Below are positions 8,377-18,509 of a stretch of 64,000 nucleotides of DNA, in pieces. The notes beneath the pieces are model-generated. The model was given only the letters and a program-made list of their open reading frames with translations, was not told the origin of the DNA and ran no database searches. Each line of letters starts with the position of its first letter. Within the stretch, counting starts at the first letter, position 1. The stretch covers positions 32,001-96,000 of IMG/VR virus record IMGVR_UViG_3300042319_001830; one strand, 5' to 3'. The DNA comes from a virus. Position numbers and translations under genes: made by a program.

Positions 8377-9575
8377 AACAATTTTTTATTATACCATTCG
8401 TCTTTTATTTCTATCAATTGTTTGTTATAAGTATTTAACTTATTAATGCTAAGTTTGAATATATCATATTCAAGTGTGCCTACTTGACCACTATCTTCTA
8501 ACATTAATTGAATCATATTAAAGAATTCAAAGCTATCATTGGATATTTTAGTTGCATCAAATTCGATAATAACATCGTTCAACTTTTGATCTTCATATCT
8601 CTTTAATTTTTTGGTTAGATTAAACTTTGTATTTTTTTGTTCAGCGTTAATGTAACGGTCATATGGTACATCTGTATAGATTGTGTCACACCAAGGTTCC
8701 AAAAGTGCTAGTTTATATTCATCACAGTTACGTACAACGAAACCTACATCATAACGGTTAGGTACAATTGGCTTCATAACATCATTGTGTTTAACAAAAT
8801 GTCCCCATTTACGAATGAAGTTTCTAGCACTGCGGTTGTTTTGAGCTAACCATTCGTCACTTTCTTTTCCAACTGTAGTCAATGTAGGATTATATCTACT
8901 ACCTCTACACGTCATATGATATACGCAACCTTCCCACGTTTGTATAAATTTATATCCGTTTAATAAGAATCTATTGAAGATATCACTGTCTTCTTTGCTT
9001 TGTGGTGCGTATAGATCATCGTGACCACCAATAGATTGGAAATCACTCTTATAAATGGCCCATGGCGCAAAGATTCCTTCTGTGGTTTTGTCTTTTCTTG
9101 TCAGACGAGTATCATTGAACCATTTCAATAAACCAGCTTCATTAAACTCTTCTGTCTCTGTGCCAAAGGCTTGTACAATTTTTTCTGGTCCTGGCGGATG
9201 TAGAGGTGGTTCGATGCGGGTAAGACTAACAATGGTACCTGGTTGAATATACTTTTCTATATATTTATCGAAGTTGGGACACGCATACATATCGGCGTGA
9301 TAGATCATTACCACATCGTTAGTAGCTACTTCGTTTATAAGACGGTCATATAGAATTGTATGACCCAATCTGGTTGGACCTTCGTTGCGGATAAATTTGA
9401 AGTGTGGATCTTTTTCCGACGTTTCTTTGCACCATTCCAATGTACCGTCATTACTGAAGTCGTCCGCAACACAGATTTCATGTTCTTTGTGACTTAAATT
9501 TTTACGAATAGCTTCGTAACTCCATTTAAGATATTTTAGGTTGTTTCTGCTTGGTTGAATAAAACTAATTTTCAT
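8373..9575 (-). CDS. glycosyltransferase family 2
   Basis: ISFIQPSRN, VADDFSNDGT, HADM, EDSD. Confidence 0.85.
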   Translation of the reverse strand: MKISFIQPSRNNLKYLKWSYEAIRKNLSHKEHEICVADDFSNDGTLEWCKETSEKDPHFKFIRNEGPTRLGHTILYDRLINEVATNDVVMIYHADMYACPNFDKYIEKYIQPGTIVSLTRIEPPLHPPGPEKIVQAFGTETEEFNEAGLLKWFNDTRLTRKDKTTEGIFAPWAIYKSDFQSIGGHDDLYAPQSKEDSDIFNRFLLNGYKFIQTWEGCVYHMTCRGSRYNPTLTTVGKESDEWLAQNNRSARNFIRKWGHFVKHNDVMKPIVPNRYDVGFVVRNCDEYKLALLEPWCDTIYTDVPYDRYINAEQKNTKFNLTKKLKRYEDQKLNDVIIEFDATKISNDSFEFFNMIQLMLEDSGQVGTLEYDIFKLSINKLNTYNKQLIEIKDEWYNKKLL

Positions 9576-9577
9576 AT

Positions 9578-10522
9578 TTAAAATTGTATTTTTACTTGTT
9601 CCATCAATTGACTATAATCGTGTATTCCTGTTTTTACAACACTATTGTCTATTACAGGAATGATGTTAGCATTTGAAAGCTTACGAAAATAACTATTAGG
9701 CCCAAAGTAATTAGGGCGTAATTCTTTTCCCTTATGTATATAACTAAGAACTGTGCCTCCAAAAAGTGATGATAATATTGAGTTTCCGCCACAAACTGTA
9801 ACAAATCTACTACAATTTGCCATTATTTTTAATTGTGTTTCATTGTAATTATACTTTGATTCTTTAACCAAATCATCTATCAATATCACATTGTCAAAAT
9901 ACTTACATAATTCAAAATCCGTTATAACGCCTATACCTTCTACGTTGGCTTTAATATCGTGATATCCTAATTGTAATGAATTATACTCATTTTGATCTAT
10001 AGTAAATTCTTTTTCTTTATTAGTAGCTCGTTTGTATATTACAGTGTATCCCTTTTCTTTAAAATAATCAAACATTTCATACAAACATGGAATATTAAAA
10101 TAACCCAATGGAATTTCATTGTGTTCCATATTATATTTGTTGGTGATAAATACTACGGGTTTATCAAATTTATATTCATCATTTTGATAATATTCTTTGA
10201 ATGGCGGACAAATCCATTTACTAAAATCCAATACACCATTAACCTGTTCTTGTTCATCGGCAGTCAAATGATGATATTCTTTGCCTGTTATTGATAATGC
10301 GTTATGATGTATCCAATTGTTTGGTACTCCGACCAAAGCAGCGTCGTTATCTACTGTCCTAGATAAAAATTCTTCTTTTACATTATTACAAAAGAAATAA
10401 TATGGTTTCATTCCTTTGCTAGTAACCACACCATCCAATTGATTGTTTTGATGTAACCAATATGCAAATGGTATTGCTAATGCAAGTTCGATGCCAAATT
10501 CAGGATTCACTTTGAGTATCAT
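9578..10522 (-). CDS. hypothetical protein, possibly glycosyltransferase (GT-B-like)
   Basis: EFGIEL N-terminus, QLKIMANCSRFVTVCGG; glycan-cluster context. Confidence 0.45.
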   Translation of the reverse strand: MILKVNPEFGIELALAIPFAYWLHQNNQLDGVVTSKGMKPYYFFCNNVKEEFLSRTVDNDAALVGVPNNWIHHNALSITGKEYHHLTADEQEQVNGVLDFSKWICPPFKEYYQNDEYKFDKPVVFITNKYNMEHNEIPLGYFNIPCLYEMFDYFKEKGYTVIYKRATNKEKEFTIDQNEYNSLQLGYHDIKANVEGIGVITDFELCKYFDNVILIDDLVKESKYNYNETQLKIMANCSRFVTVCGGNSILSSLFGGTVLSYIHKGKELRPNYFGPNSYFRKLSNANIIPVIDNSVVKTGIHDYSQLMEQVKIQF

Positions 10523-10524
10523 AA

Positions 10525-11175
10525 TTAATTTACCATTTTAAGTATTTTAAATGATTCTGCATATTTACATTGAGCCTGTATACCCCTAAATCTCGCTAAT
10601 ATTTCCAAATTAGATTTTACATTTAATCCAACTTTTTCATATTTTGAAATTTGACTTTTATGACACATAGATGCTTCGATTTTTTTATCAAATGAGTTAT
10701 CTATATTTTCATAATAATTAATGTCCATTTGATTTTCTGTCATTCTGGAAATTGGTATTTGTTCATAACAAAACACATTAGGAATATATCGTGCAGCTGC
10801 CATTGTGGTTCTGAATGTGGAAATGTGATCTTGATTTGCATCTCCTGCCCAATGTGTATAAATTGTATCTATTTTATGTTTTTTGATCAAGCTCTCAAGC
10901 TTACTCACTGAATCAAAACTAAATGGTATGTGTAGATCTTTAAATGGTAAGAATTCTACATCGTCACATTGCAATACTGTAGCAGCATTAATAGTTTCCA
11001 ATCTATTTTCTTCAGCTGTTCTCAATAATATTCCATTGGTACCGTCTACAGATTCTGTATTGGTCATACATACATATACCACATAATCGCCTTTTAATTT
11101 GTGGTTATATAGTGTTCCACCACAGCCAAATTCAATATCATCAGGATGAGCGCCTATTGCCATTACACGTTTCAT
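10525..11175 (-). CDS. PIG-L family N-deacetylase
   Basis: AHPDDIEFGCGG, THWAGDANQDH, HKSQ. Confidence 0.9.
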   Translation of the reverse strand: MKRVMAIGAHPDDIEFGCGGTLYNHKLKGDYVVYVCMTNTESVDGTNGILLRTAEENRLETINAATVLQCDDVEFLPFKDLHIPFSFDSVSKLESLIKKHKIDTIYTHWAGDANQDHISTFRTTMAAARYIPNVFCYEQIPISRMTENQMDINYYENIDNSFDKKIEASMCHKSQISKYEKVGLNVKSNLEILARFRGIQAQCKYAESFKILKMVN

Positions 11176-11176
11176 A

Positions 11177-11866
11177 TTAATTTAAAATTATATTTTTACT
11201 ATTTGTTCCTTCGTTAAACAATAAATCTAGTATACACATATACGGTTTAAAGTCACCATATAATTGTGTGTATTTAGGGTGGGTATAATGTTGCCATACC
11301 AATTCTATATTATTGTCTTTAAATTCTTGTTCGTTGATATATCGCATTGAGCCTGGTCCAGTACCAGAAATGTATTTTGTAGCATTTAATTTTTTCAACA
11401 AATACATTATACGATCACCACCAGAAACTTCATTGGGACATATTTCAGAACAAAATACAACCTGTGTTTTGATATCCATCACATTTAAAAAATATTTAAT
11501 TAAAGCACTATTTAATTCTGACAACGTTTTGTAGTTAACTTTAAGAATTGATTCTAAATCGCCATAATAAACATTGAAGTATTTTGACTTTCTGTAGAAG
11601 TTTTTTATTAAGTTTAAATGATTATCACTCCAACCGTTGTAATTAATTTCAATTTCATTAAACGATTTCAATTCACTTTTTCCATTTAATGGAACTGTTA
11701 ACCATTTAGGTTCTCCGTCTGTCTTAATTAAATTTCTGTGTCCAAAATGTTGTTTTCCTCTGGGAAATTGAACATTGTCAAAAATAACAAATACATCACT
11801 TCTGGCTATTTTATCAAAAAATCCCATCCACGGTAAATAATTTGGCTGATGAATACTTACAATCAT
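11177..11866 (-). CDS. WbqC-like protein
   Basis: IHQPNYLPWMGFFDKI, DNVQF, WLTVP, YISG, ILDLLFN. Confidence 0.9.
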   Translation of the reverse strand: MIVSIHQPNYLPWMGFFDKIARSDVFVIFDNVQFPRGKQHFGHRNLIKTDGEPKWLTVPLNGKSELKSFNEIEINYNGWSDNHLNLIKNFYRKSKYFNVYYGDLESILKVNYKTLSELNSALIKYFLNVMDIKTQVVFCSEICPNEVSGGDRIMYLLKKLNATKYISGTGPGSMRYINEQEFKDNNIELVWQHYTHPKYTQLYGDFKPYMCILDLLFNEGTNSKNIILN

Positions 11867-13005
11867 ACAAATTTATTAATTACATCCGCAACATAATCAA
11901 CTTGATCCATAGTCATTTCTACGTACATAGGAATGGATAAATGTCTAGATAAAAGTCCATCGGCTAATTCATATGTTTGATTTACAGTGTATGGTTCAAA
12001 CACCTTTTGTTGATGACAAGCTGGCCAATAAGCATTTGCTGTGGGTATGTTATATTCTAAGAATAGTTTTTTACAAATTTCTGATCTTTCATTTAAAGTT
12101 GTAGACCTTGGTAATTCTATAATATAGTGCCACCAAGTATTGGTTATATTATCTGGAACGTCTATAAATTTAATCTTTGGATTTGTAATTTTTTCTTTGT
12201 ATCTTTTTGCTATAACATTTCGTTTTTCTACAAATTCATTAACCCGTTTCAATTGACTGATACCAAGTGCTGCAACCATTTCTGTCATTTTATAGTTGGA
12301 TGATATAAATTCACAACTTACACCAAAATCTACACCATTTACTGGTGTTGGATTTCTGACAGCGCCGTGATTTCTCAATGTCTTACAAGTTTCTGCAAAT
12401 TTTTCATCATTGGTAGTGATTATTCCACCTTCACCTGTGGTTATAATTTTTGTAGCAAATAATGAAAAACAACCAGCGTATCCTAAGTTTCCAGCGTGAA
12501 TATTATCAATAGTAGCTCCTAATGCGTGAGAAGCATCTTCAAACAATAAAAGACCGTGTTTATCACATAATTTTTTAATATTGTAATAGTCAGGCGTGAT
12601 ATATCCTGCCATATGAACCAACATTACACCGGCTACATCTTTGTCTAAACTTCTTTCGATTATATCTGCACTCAGACAATGAGTGTTTTCATCTATATCT
12701 ACAATTACGGGTATATTGTTGGATCGAACAATTGCACTTACACTTGCTATAAACGTTTGGGTTGGGACAATAATCTTTTTACCAACTAAACCAGATGCTC
12801 TTAGAGCTACTTCCAAACACGTTCCGCCAGAACAAGTTGCAACTGCATATTTTGTTCCACAATATTTAGCGAATAAATTTTCAAATTCAGCTACATACTT
12901 TGATTGAACTAATGACTCTGTATTTAAAATATCCGCAATTCTATCCAATATTTCTTTGTGGTCTTCTTTGGGGATATAAGGTTTTGTTCTTGACAATTTA
13001 TTCAT
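11863..13005 (-). CDS. DegT/DnrJ/EryC1/StrS sugar aminotransferase
   Basis: EDASHALG, FSLFATKIITTGEGG (PLP lysine), NYKM. Confidence 0.92.
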   Translation of the reverse strand: MNKLSRTKPYIPKEDHKEILDRIADILNTESLVQSKYVAEFENLFAKYCGTKYAVATCSGGTCLEVALRASGLVGKKIIVPTQTFIASVSAIVRSNNIPVIVDIDENTHCLSADIIERSLDKDVAGVMLVHMAGYITPDYYNIKKLCDKHGLLLFEDASHALGATIDNIHAGNLGYAGCFSLFATKIITTGEGGIITTNDEKFAETCKTLRNHGAVRNPTPVNGVDFGVSCEFISSNYKMTEMVAALGISQLKRVNEFVEKRNVIAKRYKEKITNPKIKFIDVPDNITNTWWHYIIELPRSTTLNERSEICKKLFLEYNIPTANAYWPACHQQKVFEPYTVNQTYELADGLLSRHLSIPMYVEMTMDQVDYVADVINKFV

Positions 13006-13817
13006 AACGTATTTTTAATATAATCGAAAAATCCAGGTAGATTTTGTTTGGTGCTACTAAACTTTCTTCCTAATTTTAAAGGAGATAACAATAGATGTTC
13101 ATCGATAAATGGAGAACTAGTACCATTTTTAATGACATTTGCTTTTTTATTTAAAAACATACTTATTTCTTCAATTAGAGTTTTGGCACTATAAACATCT
13201 TCATTTACAATATTATAACTGTCTTTAACATTATATTTATTAGTAGTAGACATATCCACTAGTGTATTAACAATATCATTAACCCATATAAAACTCAATA
13301 ATTTATTTCCATCACCGGCAACTTCTACTGGTCTATTATTGATTATATTTCTGATATAGTAACTTATTCTGGGTCTTGGACAATCGTGGCCAACAATGTA
13401 GGGCGGTCTAATAATCATATAGTTAGTATCTATTTGTTTAACTATATTCTCACAGTCCGCCTTTTCAACACCATATTCGCCAAATCCAGATAAACCACCA
13501 ATAGGCATATCTTCGTTATACGACAAACAATTTGCATCTTTATACGCAGCTGCGCTACTGATAAAGATATATTTTTGATTAGGTTTTAACCAATTTTTAA
13601 GATGTTGTGCTTGAGTTGGTTTGAAAAGGCAGAAATCCAAAATAACATTATAATCATTTTCAATTGTCAATGGTTCATTACGATCCCATTTGATTACTTT
13701 AACTTTATCAGGACCAGTTCCAGATCTATTGAGTACACTCACACTTGCCAATTTACTTAACTCATATGCGACTTTTTTACCAACAAATCTATTTCCACCT
13801 ATAACCAATATTTTCAT
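13002..13817 (-). CDS. NAD-dependent epimerase/dehydratase (atypical SDR)
   Basis: GGNRFVG, FISS, YGVEK. Confidence 0.8.
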   Translation of the reverse strand: MKILVIGGNRFVGKKVAYELSKLASVSVLNRSGTGPDKVKVIKWDRNEPLTIENDYNVILDFCLFKPTQAQHLKNWLKPNQKYIFISSAAAYKDANCLSYNEDMPIGGLSGFGEYGVEKADCENIVKQIDTNYMIIRPPYIVGHDCPRPRISYYIRNIINNRPVEVAGDGNKLLSFIWVNDIVNTLVDMSTTNKYNVKDSYNIVNEDVYSAKTLIEEISMFLNKKANVIKNGTSSPFIDEHLLLSPLKLGRKFSSTKQNLPGFFDYIKNTL

Positions 13818-14680
13818 TAGATGAGTTGTTTAATTTCTTCAATGGTATACTGTTCAACTTCGTTACTGTATAGACCATTTTCAAGAATTTTTTCGTGTTT
13901 ATTTTCCCCCGCTTGCAATCCAATAACTTTAACATTTGGTCGGATGCCAACTGGTGCATACTTTTGAATAAGTGCTTCCAATAGATTTCCTATGCTCATT
14001 CCCTTCATAGTTGGAACATACGGAGAAGAATCTGTGCAGTTTTCCAAACAGTTATAAATCAAATCAATTGCTTGATCAACCGTCCAAAAGAATCTAGTAG
14101 CTTCAGGTTCAGTGACAATTAAATCTTTACCTTCGCTGATCAAATCTCGCCATTTGCATAAAACGGATCCTGTTGAATATAATACGTTACCATATCGAAC
14201 TATACGATAATCTGTATTTGCATTGAGTTGTTCAAACTGTTTAAACAATCGTTCCATCAATAGTTTAGAAGCACCATATACACCAGACACTTGCGCAGCT
14301 TTGTCGGTGCTAATACCAATTACGAATTCCAATTCGTGGTTAAGAGATTCTTCCAAAATGTACAACGATCCTAGTGTATTTGATTTGATACATTCACGTA
14401 CTTGTTTTTCCGCAATGCCAATGTGTTTTGATGCGGCTAAATGAAATACTCCGTTAACACCTTTCATAGCTTGACGCACCTCAAATGGATCCGAAACATC
14501 ACCCGTCAATATTTCAATAGAAGGAAAAGATTGTTTTAGGTCGATTAATTTACCTTCATTTCTGGATAAAACACGGACCTTTGCGCCATCGTTTAAAAGG
14601 CGTTTAACAAGTGGTTTGCCTAAAAACCCACTGCCGCCTGTAACTAAAAATGTTTTGTTTGTGAAGTTATATTTTCTCAT
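13817..14680 (-). CDS. UDP-GlcNAc 4,6-dehydratase-like (PseB/CapD family)
   Basis: TGGSGFLG, HLAASKH, ISTDKA, YGASK, RYGNV, ATRF, GENKHE. Confidence 0.88.
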   Translation of the reverse strand: MRKYNFTNKTFLVTGGSGFLGKPLVKRLLNDGAKVRVLSRNEGKLIDLKQSFPSIEILTGDVSDPFEVRQAMKGVNGVFHLAASKHIGIAEKQVRECIKSNTLGSLYILEESLNHELEFVIGISTDKAAQVSGVYGASKLLMERLFKQFEQLNANTDYRIVRYGNVLYSTGSVLCKWRDLISEGKDLIVTEPEATRFFWTVDQAIDLIYNCLENCTDSSPYVPTMKGMSIGNLLEALIQKYAPVGIRPNVKVIGLQAGENKHEKILENGLYSNEVEQYTIEEIKQLI

Positions 14681-14721
14681 AGTTTATTATAACTACTATA
14701 GAATTCACTATGAAATTTTTT

Positions 14722-15279
14722 TTAATTGTTAGATTTTATAACTCCTGTTTTGTCGTCATCATCCAAAATAAAAGCTGGTCTACCAACCTTCGCAGATACT
14801 TTTTTGATCAACTCCATCTCAGCCTGTCTATTTAGATCGTGAAATACCATATGAGCGTCGGTATTAAATAAATTTAAATGCGTATAAAATCCACCTCTAC
14901 CATAGTTGCCATTTGGTCCGTCTACAATGATTAGATCGTATTTGGGTACCAATTTTAATACACTGGATAGTTTATCTGGATCATACCAAGCAACTTGTTT
15001 TTCATAAAATGGAAGACACGATATATCTTCTGGAGTTTTAAAATCAGTATCATTGTATTGTTTTAATGACACGTGATATGCATTGGGATGATTCAACCAA
15101 TCCATATTATGTTCAATTGAGTATACGTTATACCAATTTAATAACAACTTGGTGGTAACCCCACATCCAAATTCTAAAATGGAAGAACCTTGGGGTAATA
15201 AAGATCTTATTAAATCTACCGCCTTTTCTCCAATTGATCCTTTGATTAATGTTGGATATTTTTGACTAATTTGTATCAT
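14722..15279 (-). CDS. class I SAM methyltransferase-like
   Basis: ILEFGCG, SIEH, IIVDGP, VFHD; start moved to MIQISQK. Confidence 0.7.
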   Translation of the reverse strand: MIQISQKYPTLIKGSIGEKAVDLIRSLLPQGSSILEFGCGVTTKLLLNWYNVYSIEHNMDWLNHPNAYHVSLKQYNDTDFKTPEDISCLPFYEKQVAWYDPDKLSSVLKLVPKYDLIIVDGPNGNYGRGGFYTHLNLFNTDAHMVFHDLNRQAEMELIKKVSAKVGRPAFILDDDDKTGVIKSNN

Positions 15280-16018
15280 ATATTTTATTAAATGTAGCTT
15301 CCATCCAATACATAGTTTTGGAATTATCGCCGTTATTTGGTATAGCATTAAAATGAAATATATAACCCATATCCAAGTATGGCATATTTTCATTTAGTGC
15401 TTCTCTACGATGTAAATCTTGCATATTATATTCATATGGCAAGAATTTCATATCGATGTTTTCAATCTGACACATAAAGTTCAATACCGGTTGATCGGTA
15501 CCTGTAAAAAATGTCTCTTGCATCTTTATCAAATTGTCTTTATTTGAAAAATAAAAATCTTTAACTTTGTTGAAAAAGTCTTTGTGATTTTTATTTAAAA
15601 TTAATACCCCAGAATTAAAGTACTTGGTTATATCGAATTCATAATTATTGAAGATGTATTTTTTATAATTTTCAACACTTCTAAATAACCAATCGTAAGA
15701 TCCTATATTATTGACCACACAAAATTTGTCTTCTGCGATATCAAAGAGATTGGGTGCATTTGGATGAACAATAGTATCAGCGTCCACGATTAAAATTTTA
15801 TCTACCTCAATGTTTGATTGTTCTAACAAATCAAAGATAAAGACTTTATGCCAATTGGGTCGTAAGTCTTCATATGGAAGAATTGGTTCTTCCAATACAA
15901 CCAATTTAGCATTGTGCTTGTTACAATATCGTCTCCAAGATTCAATTCCAAATTTATATGGAACTGTTCTACCGGGTTTTTTATCAGTAGCAATGTTAAT
16001 TATATAGACTACATTCAT
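15266..16018 (-). CDS. GT8-like glycosyltransferase
   Basis: VDADT, YFNSGV, TDQPVLN, YN, HF; start moved to MNVVY. Confidence 0.8.
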   Translation of the reverse strand: MNVVYIINIATDKKPGRTVPYKFGIESWRRYCNKHNAKLVVLEEPILPYEDLRPNWHKVFIFDLLEQSNIEVDKILIVDADTIVHPNAPNLFDIAEDKFCVVNNIGSYDWLFRSVENYKKYIFNNYEFDITKYFNSGVLILNKNHKDFFNKVKDFYFSNKDNLIKMQETFFTGTDQPVLNFMCQIENIDMKFLPYEYNMQDLHRREALNENMPYLDMGYIFHFNAIPNNGDNSKTMYWMEATFNKIYDTN

Positions 16019-16779
16019 ACGTAAAGATGTTTTGTTTGATCCCAAATGTTTAACATTAATGAACTTCTTTCTTCTATAGAACAACCTGTGAAATGCCAGA
16101 TATAAGAGTATTTTATGAAAAAAGGCGTTTCGTCTTCTTTCAATTGCCAGTTATGTTGTAACCAGTCGTTTTTAATTAACCGCATTGTATTGAATCTAAA
16201 ATCAAGGTATTTTTTATTAATATTTTCTTTTTTAAGATATAAATTTAATATCGTTTGTTCTTTTCCTGTGTGTGGAACGTTCCAATTATCAAATGTAGAT
16301 TTATTTCTCGTATAAAAATCTTTGAGTTTATTGAAAAATTCTTTATGTGATTTATTGAAGAATAAAACGCCGCCGTTGATATATTCTGATAATTTAATTT
16401 CCACATCTTTTAACTCGGAAAAACTAGATTTGAATGCTCTTAGACTATTATCTATCCAGAATAAATTTTCATTTTCTAATACTCCACAAAATTCATCTTC
16501 ATACAAATCGAAGAAATTTGGTGCATTCCAATGTACCAATGTATCAAAATCTACCAATGCTATTTTTTCATATTTGTCACCTATAAAGTCAAAAACGAAC
16601 TCTTTGTGCCATACGCAGAATTTTACATCTGGTAATTTTTTATCTATGACAATAAAATCAATATTGTTTTTTTTGCAATAAGCTTGCCAGCACTGTTTTG
16701 ATACATTGAAATATTTCTGATGATCAAACTTAGACCCTTCATCTTGAATTGCTACCATTACTATACAATTTTTATTCAT
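16015..16779 (-). CDS. GT8-like glycosyltransferase (tandem paralog)
   Basis: VDFDT, YINGGV, EQTILN, HF; clearly similar to the downstream gene. Confidence 0.8.
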   Translation of the reverse strand: MNKNCIVMVAIQDEGSKFDHQKYFNVSKQCWQAYCKKNNIDFIVIDKKLPDVKFCVWHKEFVFDFIGDKYEKIALVDFDTLVHWNAPNFFDLYEDEFCGVLENENLFWIDNSLRAFKSSFSELKDVEIKLSEYINGGVLFFNKSHKEFFNKLKDFYTRNKSTFDNWNVPHTGKEQTILNLYLKKENINKKYLDFRFNTMRLIKNDWLQHNWQLKEDETPFFIKYSYIWHFTGCSIEERSSLMLNIWDQTKHLYV

Positions 16780-17575
16780 TCAATTTCAACATTTTTTCGT
16801 TGCTTGTAATTGCTGCTTTTAGCACAGACAAATCCATACCAACTTTATCGCCTAATTTTACAAGAGCTTTAGTATCTTTTGGAAAACATTTTCCGCCAAA
16901 TCCACGTTCACCTGTGAACACAGCTGTATGAGATTTTGTTGTGCGGGGATCCAATAACCACATATCTCTAACTTCGTAATAATTTGTACCTAGTTTTTCA
17001 CATAAATCGTACATTTCATTACAAAAAGCAACTTTCAAAGCTAAATGAGTATTTACCATATACTTTGTTAATTCTGCGTTTATTGGATCGGTAACTCTAT
17101 AGGTTTTGCTTGGACCAGTAATCGGTGTATAAATTTCAATGATTTTATAACAAAGCTCTTTTTTACCACCAAAAATAAAGAACGGTGTTTGTTTAACATC
17201 ATTCGTGAAAGATTCAGGAGTCCAGTGTTTGGATTCACCGGCAAATTCAGGACTAAACACAATATTCTTTTTAAATTTCTCAATCAATCTATCAGTGGTA
17301 CCAACCTCAACTGTTGATTTTAAAAGAATCAGAGGAGTTTGAATCCAGCTTATACTTTCTTCAACAATTGTTGTATTACAACTACCGTCTTCATTTTCTG
17401 GCGTAGGAACGCAAACTACTGCTAAATCACACTTATTGATGTCCTCTTTAGTGTTTGATGAATCATATGCCGGATCATATATAAAAACCTCGTAGTGATT
17501 CTTAAAAAAATTGTAGAATGCTTTACCTACATATCCATTACCAACAATTCCTATCTTAGTTTTTAATTTGCTCAT
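16772..17575 (-). CDS. UDP-glucose/GDP-mannose 6-dehydrogenase family (short form)
   Basis: GNGYVG, CVPTP, KST, PEF, GFGGKCFPKD. Confidence 0.88.
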   Translation of the reverse strand: MSKLKTKIGIVGNGYVGKAFYNFFKNHYEVFIYDPAYDSSNTKEDINKCDLAVVCVPTPENEDGSCNTTIVEESISWIQTPLILLKSTVEVGTTDRLIEKFKKNIVFSPEFAGESKHWTPESFTNDVKQTPFFIFGGKKELCYKIIEIYTPITGPSKTYRVTDPINAELTKYMVNTHLALKVAFCNEMYDLCEKLGTNYYEVRDMWLLDPRTTKSHTAVFTGERGFGGKCFPKDTKALVKLGDKVGMDLSVLKAAITSNEKMLKLNE

Positions 17576-18509
17576 AAATTCTATTCCAATCACTCAACCA
17601 TTTTTCTTCTGTATAATATATTTGATATAAATCCTTAGATGATGTTGAACAGTGATTATAAAAAGATTTATCGTCTCTCAATTTAATTGCCAATTCGTTT
17701 GCTTTTTCAATGTCACCTATATTAACACTCAAGTCAGGATGTAAAGTTTCTTGTGTATCTAATCCTTTATATCCGATACAAGGTATACCCAGATAAGCAC
17801 AATTAAGAGCGAATGTACCCGCCGCATGCGTACGCATTAAGTGTACGCCCACATTAAAATTGGCAAGTGTTTTAATCCACTCATTCCACATCATATATGG
17901 TAGATGATGTAAGCTAGGAAATTGTTCTTCATTTTCTATTTTACGACCCATACTGGGAATGAAAGTTGGTTTATTGAAGTTTTGTGACACAAAGTAACTG
18001 TCTACGCCACCATACCAACTACAAAAATTACCGCCTATAATAGGCATACCATTATTTTCACGGGGTACATTTTTAACTGTATCTTCTATCATTAACGATT
18101 GAAGATTGAACGTTGGCATTTTAAATATACCCTTGAAGTAGGAAATATCACTCTTATTATGAGTTAACAGAAAGTCCATCGAACTTAGGAAATTAATATA
18201 ATTAACTTGGTTTGTATAATTATAGTCTTGATAATACCAAGCTGGACCTTCTTGCATCACTGTTACTTTTTTACCAATAGCTTTCACCACACCCAATAAT
18301 CTTACTGTATCTATAGTTTCCAATTTTTTTGGTAGTATTACAATAACGACATCATACCCAGAAACGTTATCTTTATTATCAAGAAGAGATTGAATAGGAA
18401 AATGATCCGCATTAAGTGCAAGTTGCCAAGCAAATTCTGTACGACAATTAGGAAAATCTCTGGACAATTTACCAGAGTGGCCATTTTGACTAACAAAACA
18501 AATTTTCAT
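17556..18509 (-). CDS. GT-B fold glycosyltransferase-like
   Basis: AAGTFALNCAYLGIPCIG C-terminal motif. Confidence 0.65.
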   Translation of the reverse strand: MKICFVSQNGHSGKLSRDFPNCRTEFAWQLALNADHFPIQSLLDNKDNVSGYDVVIVILPKKLETIDTVRLLGVVKAIGKKVTVMQEGPAWYYQDYNYTNQVNYINFLSSMDFLLTHNKSDISYFKGIFKMPTFNLQSLMIEDTVKNVPRENNGMPIIGGNFCSWYGGVDSYFVSQNFNKPTFIPSMGRKIENEEQFPSLHHLPYMMWNEWIKTLANFNVGVHLMRTHAAGTFALNCAYLGIPCIGYKGLDTQETLHPDLSVNIGDIEKANELAIKLRDDKSFYNHCSTSSKDLYQIYYTEEKWLSDWNRIYEQIKN

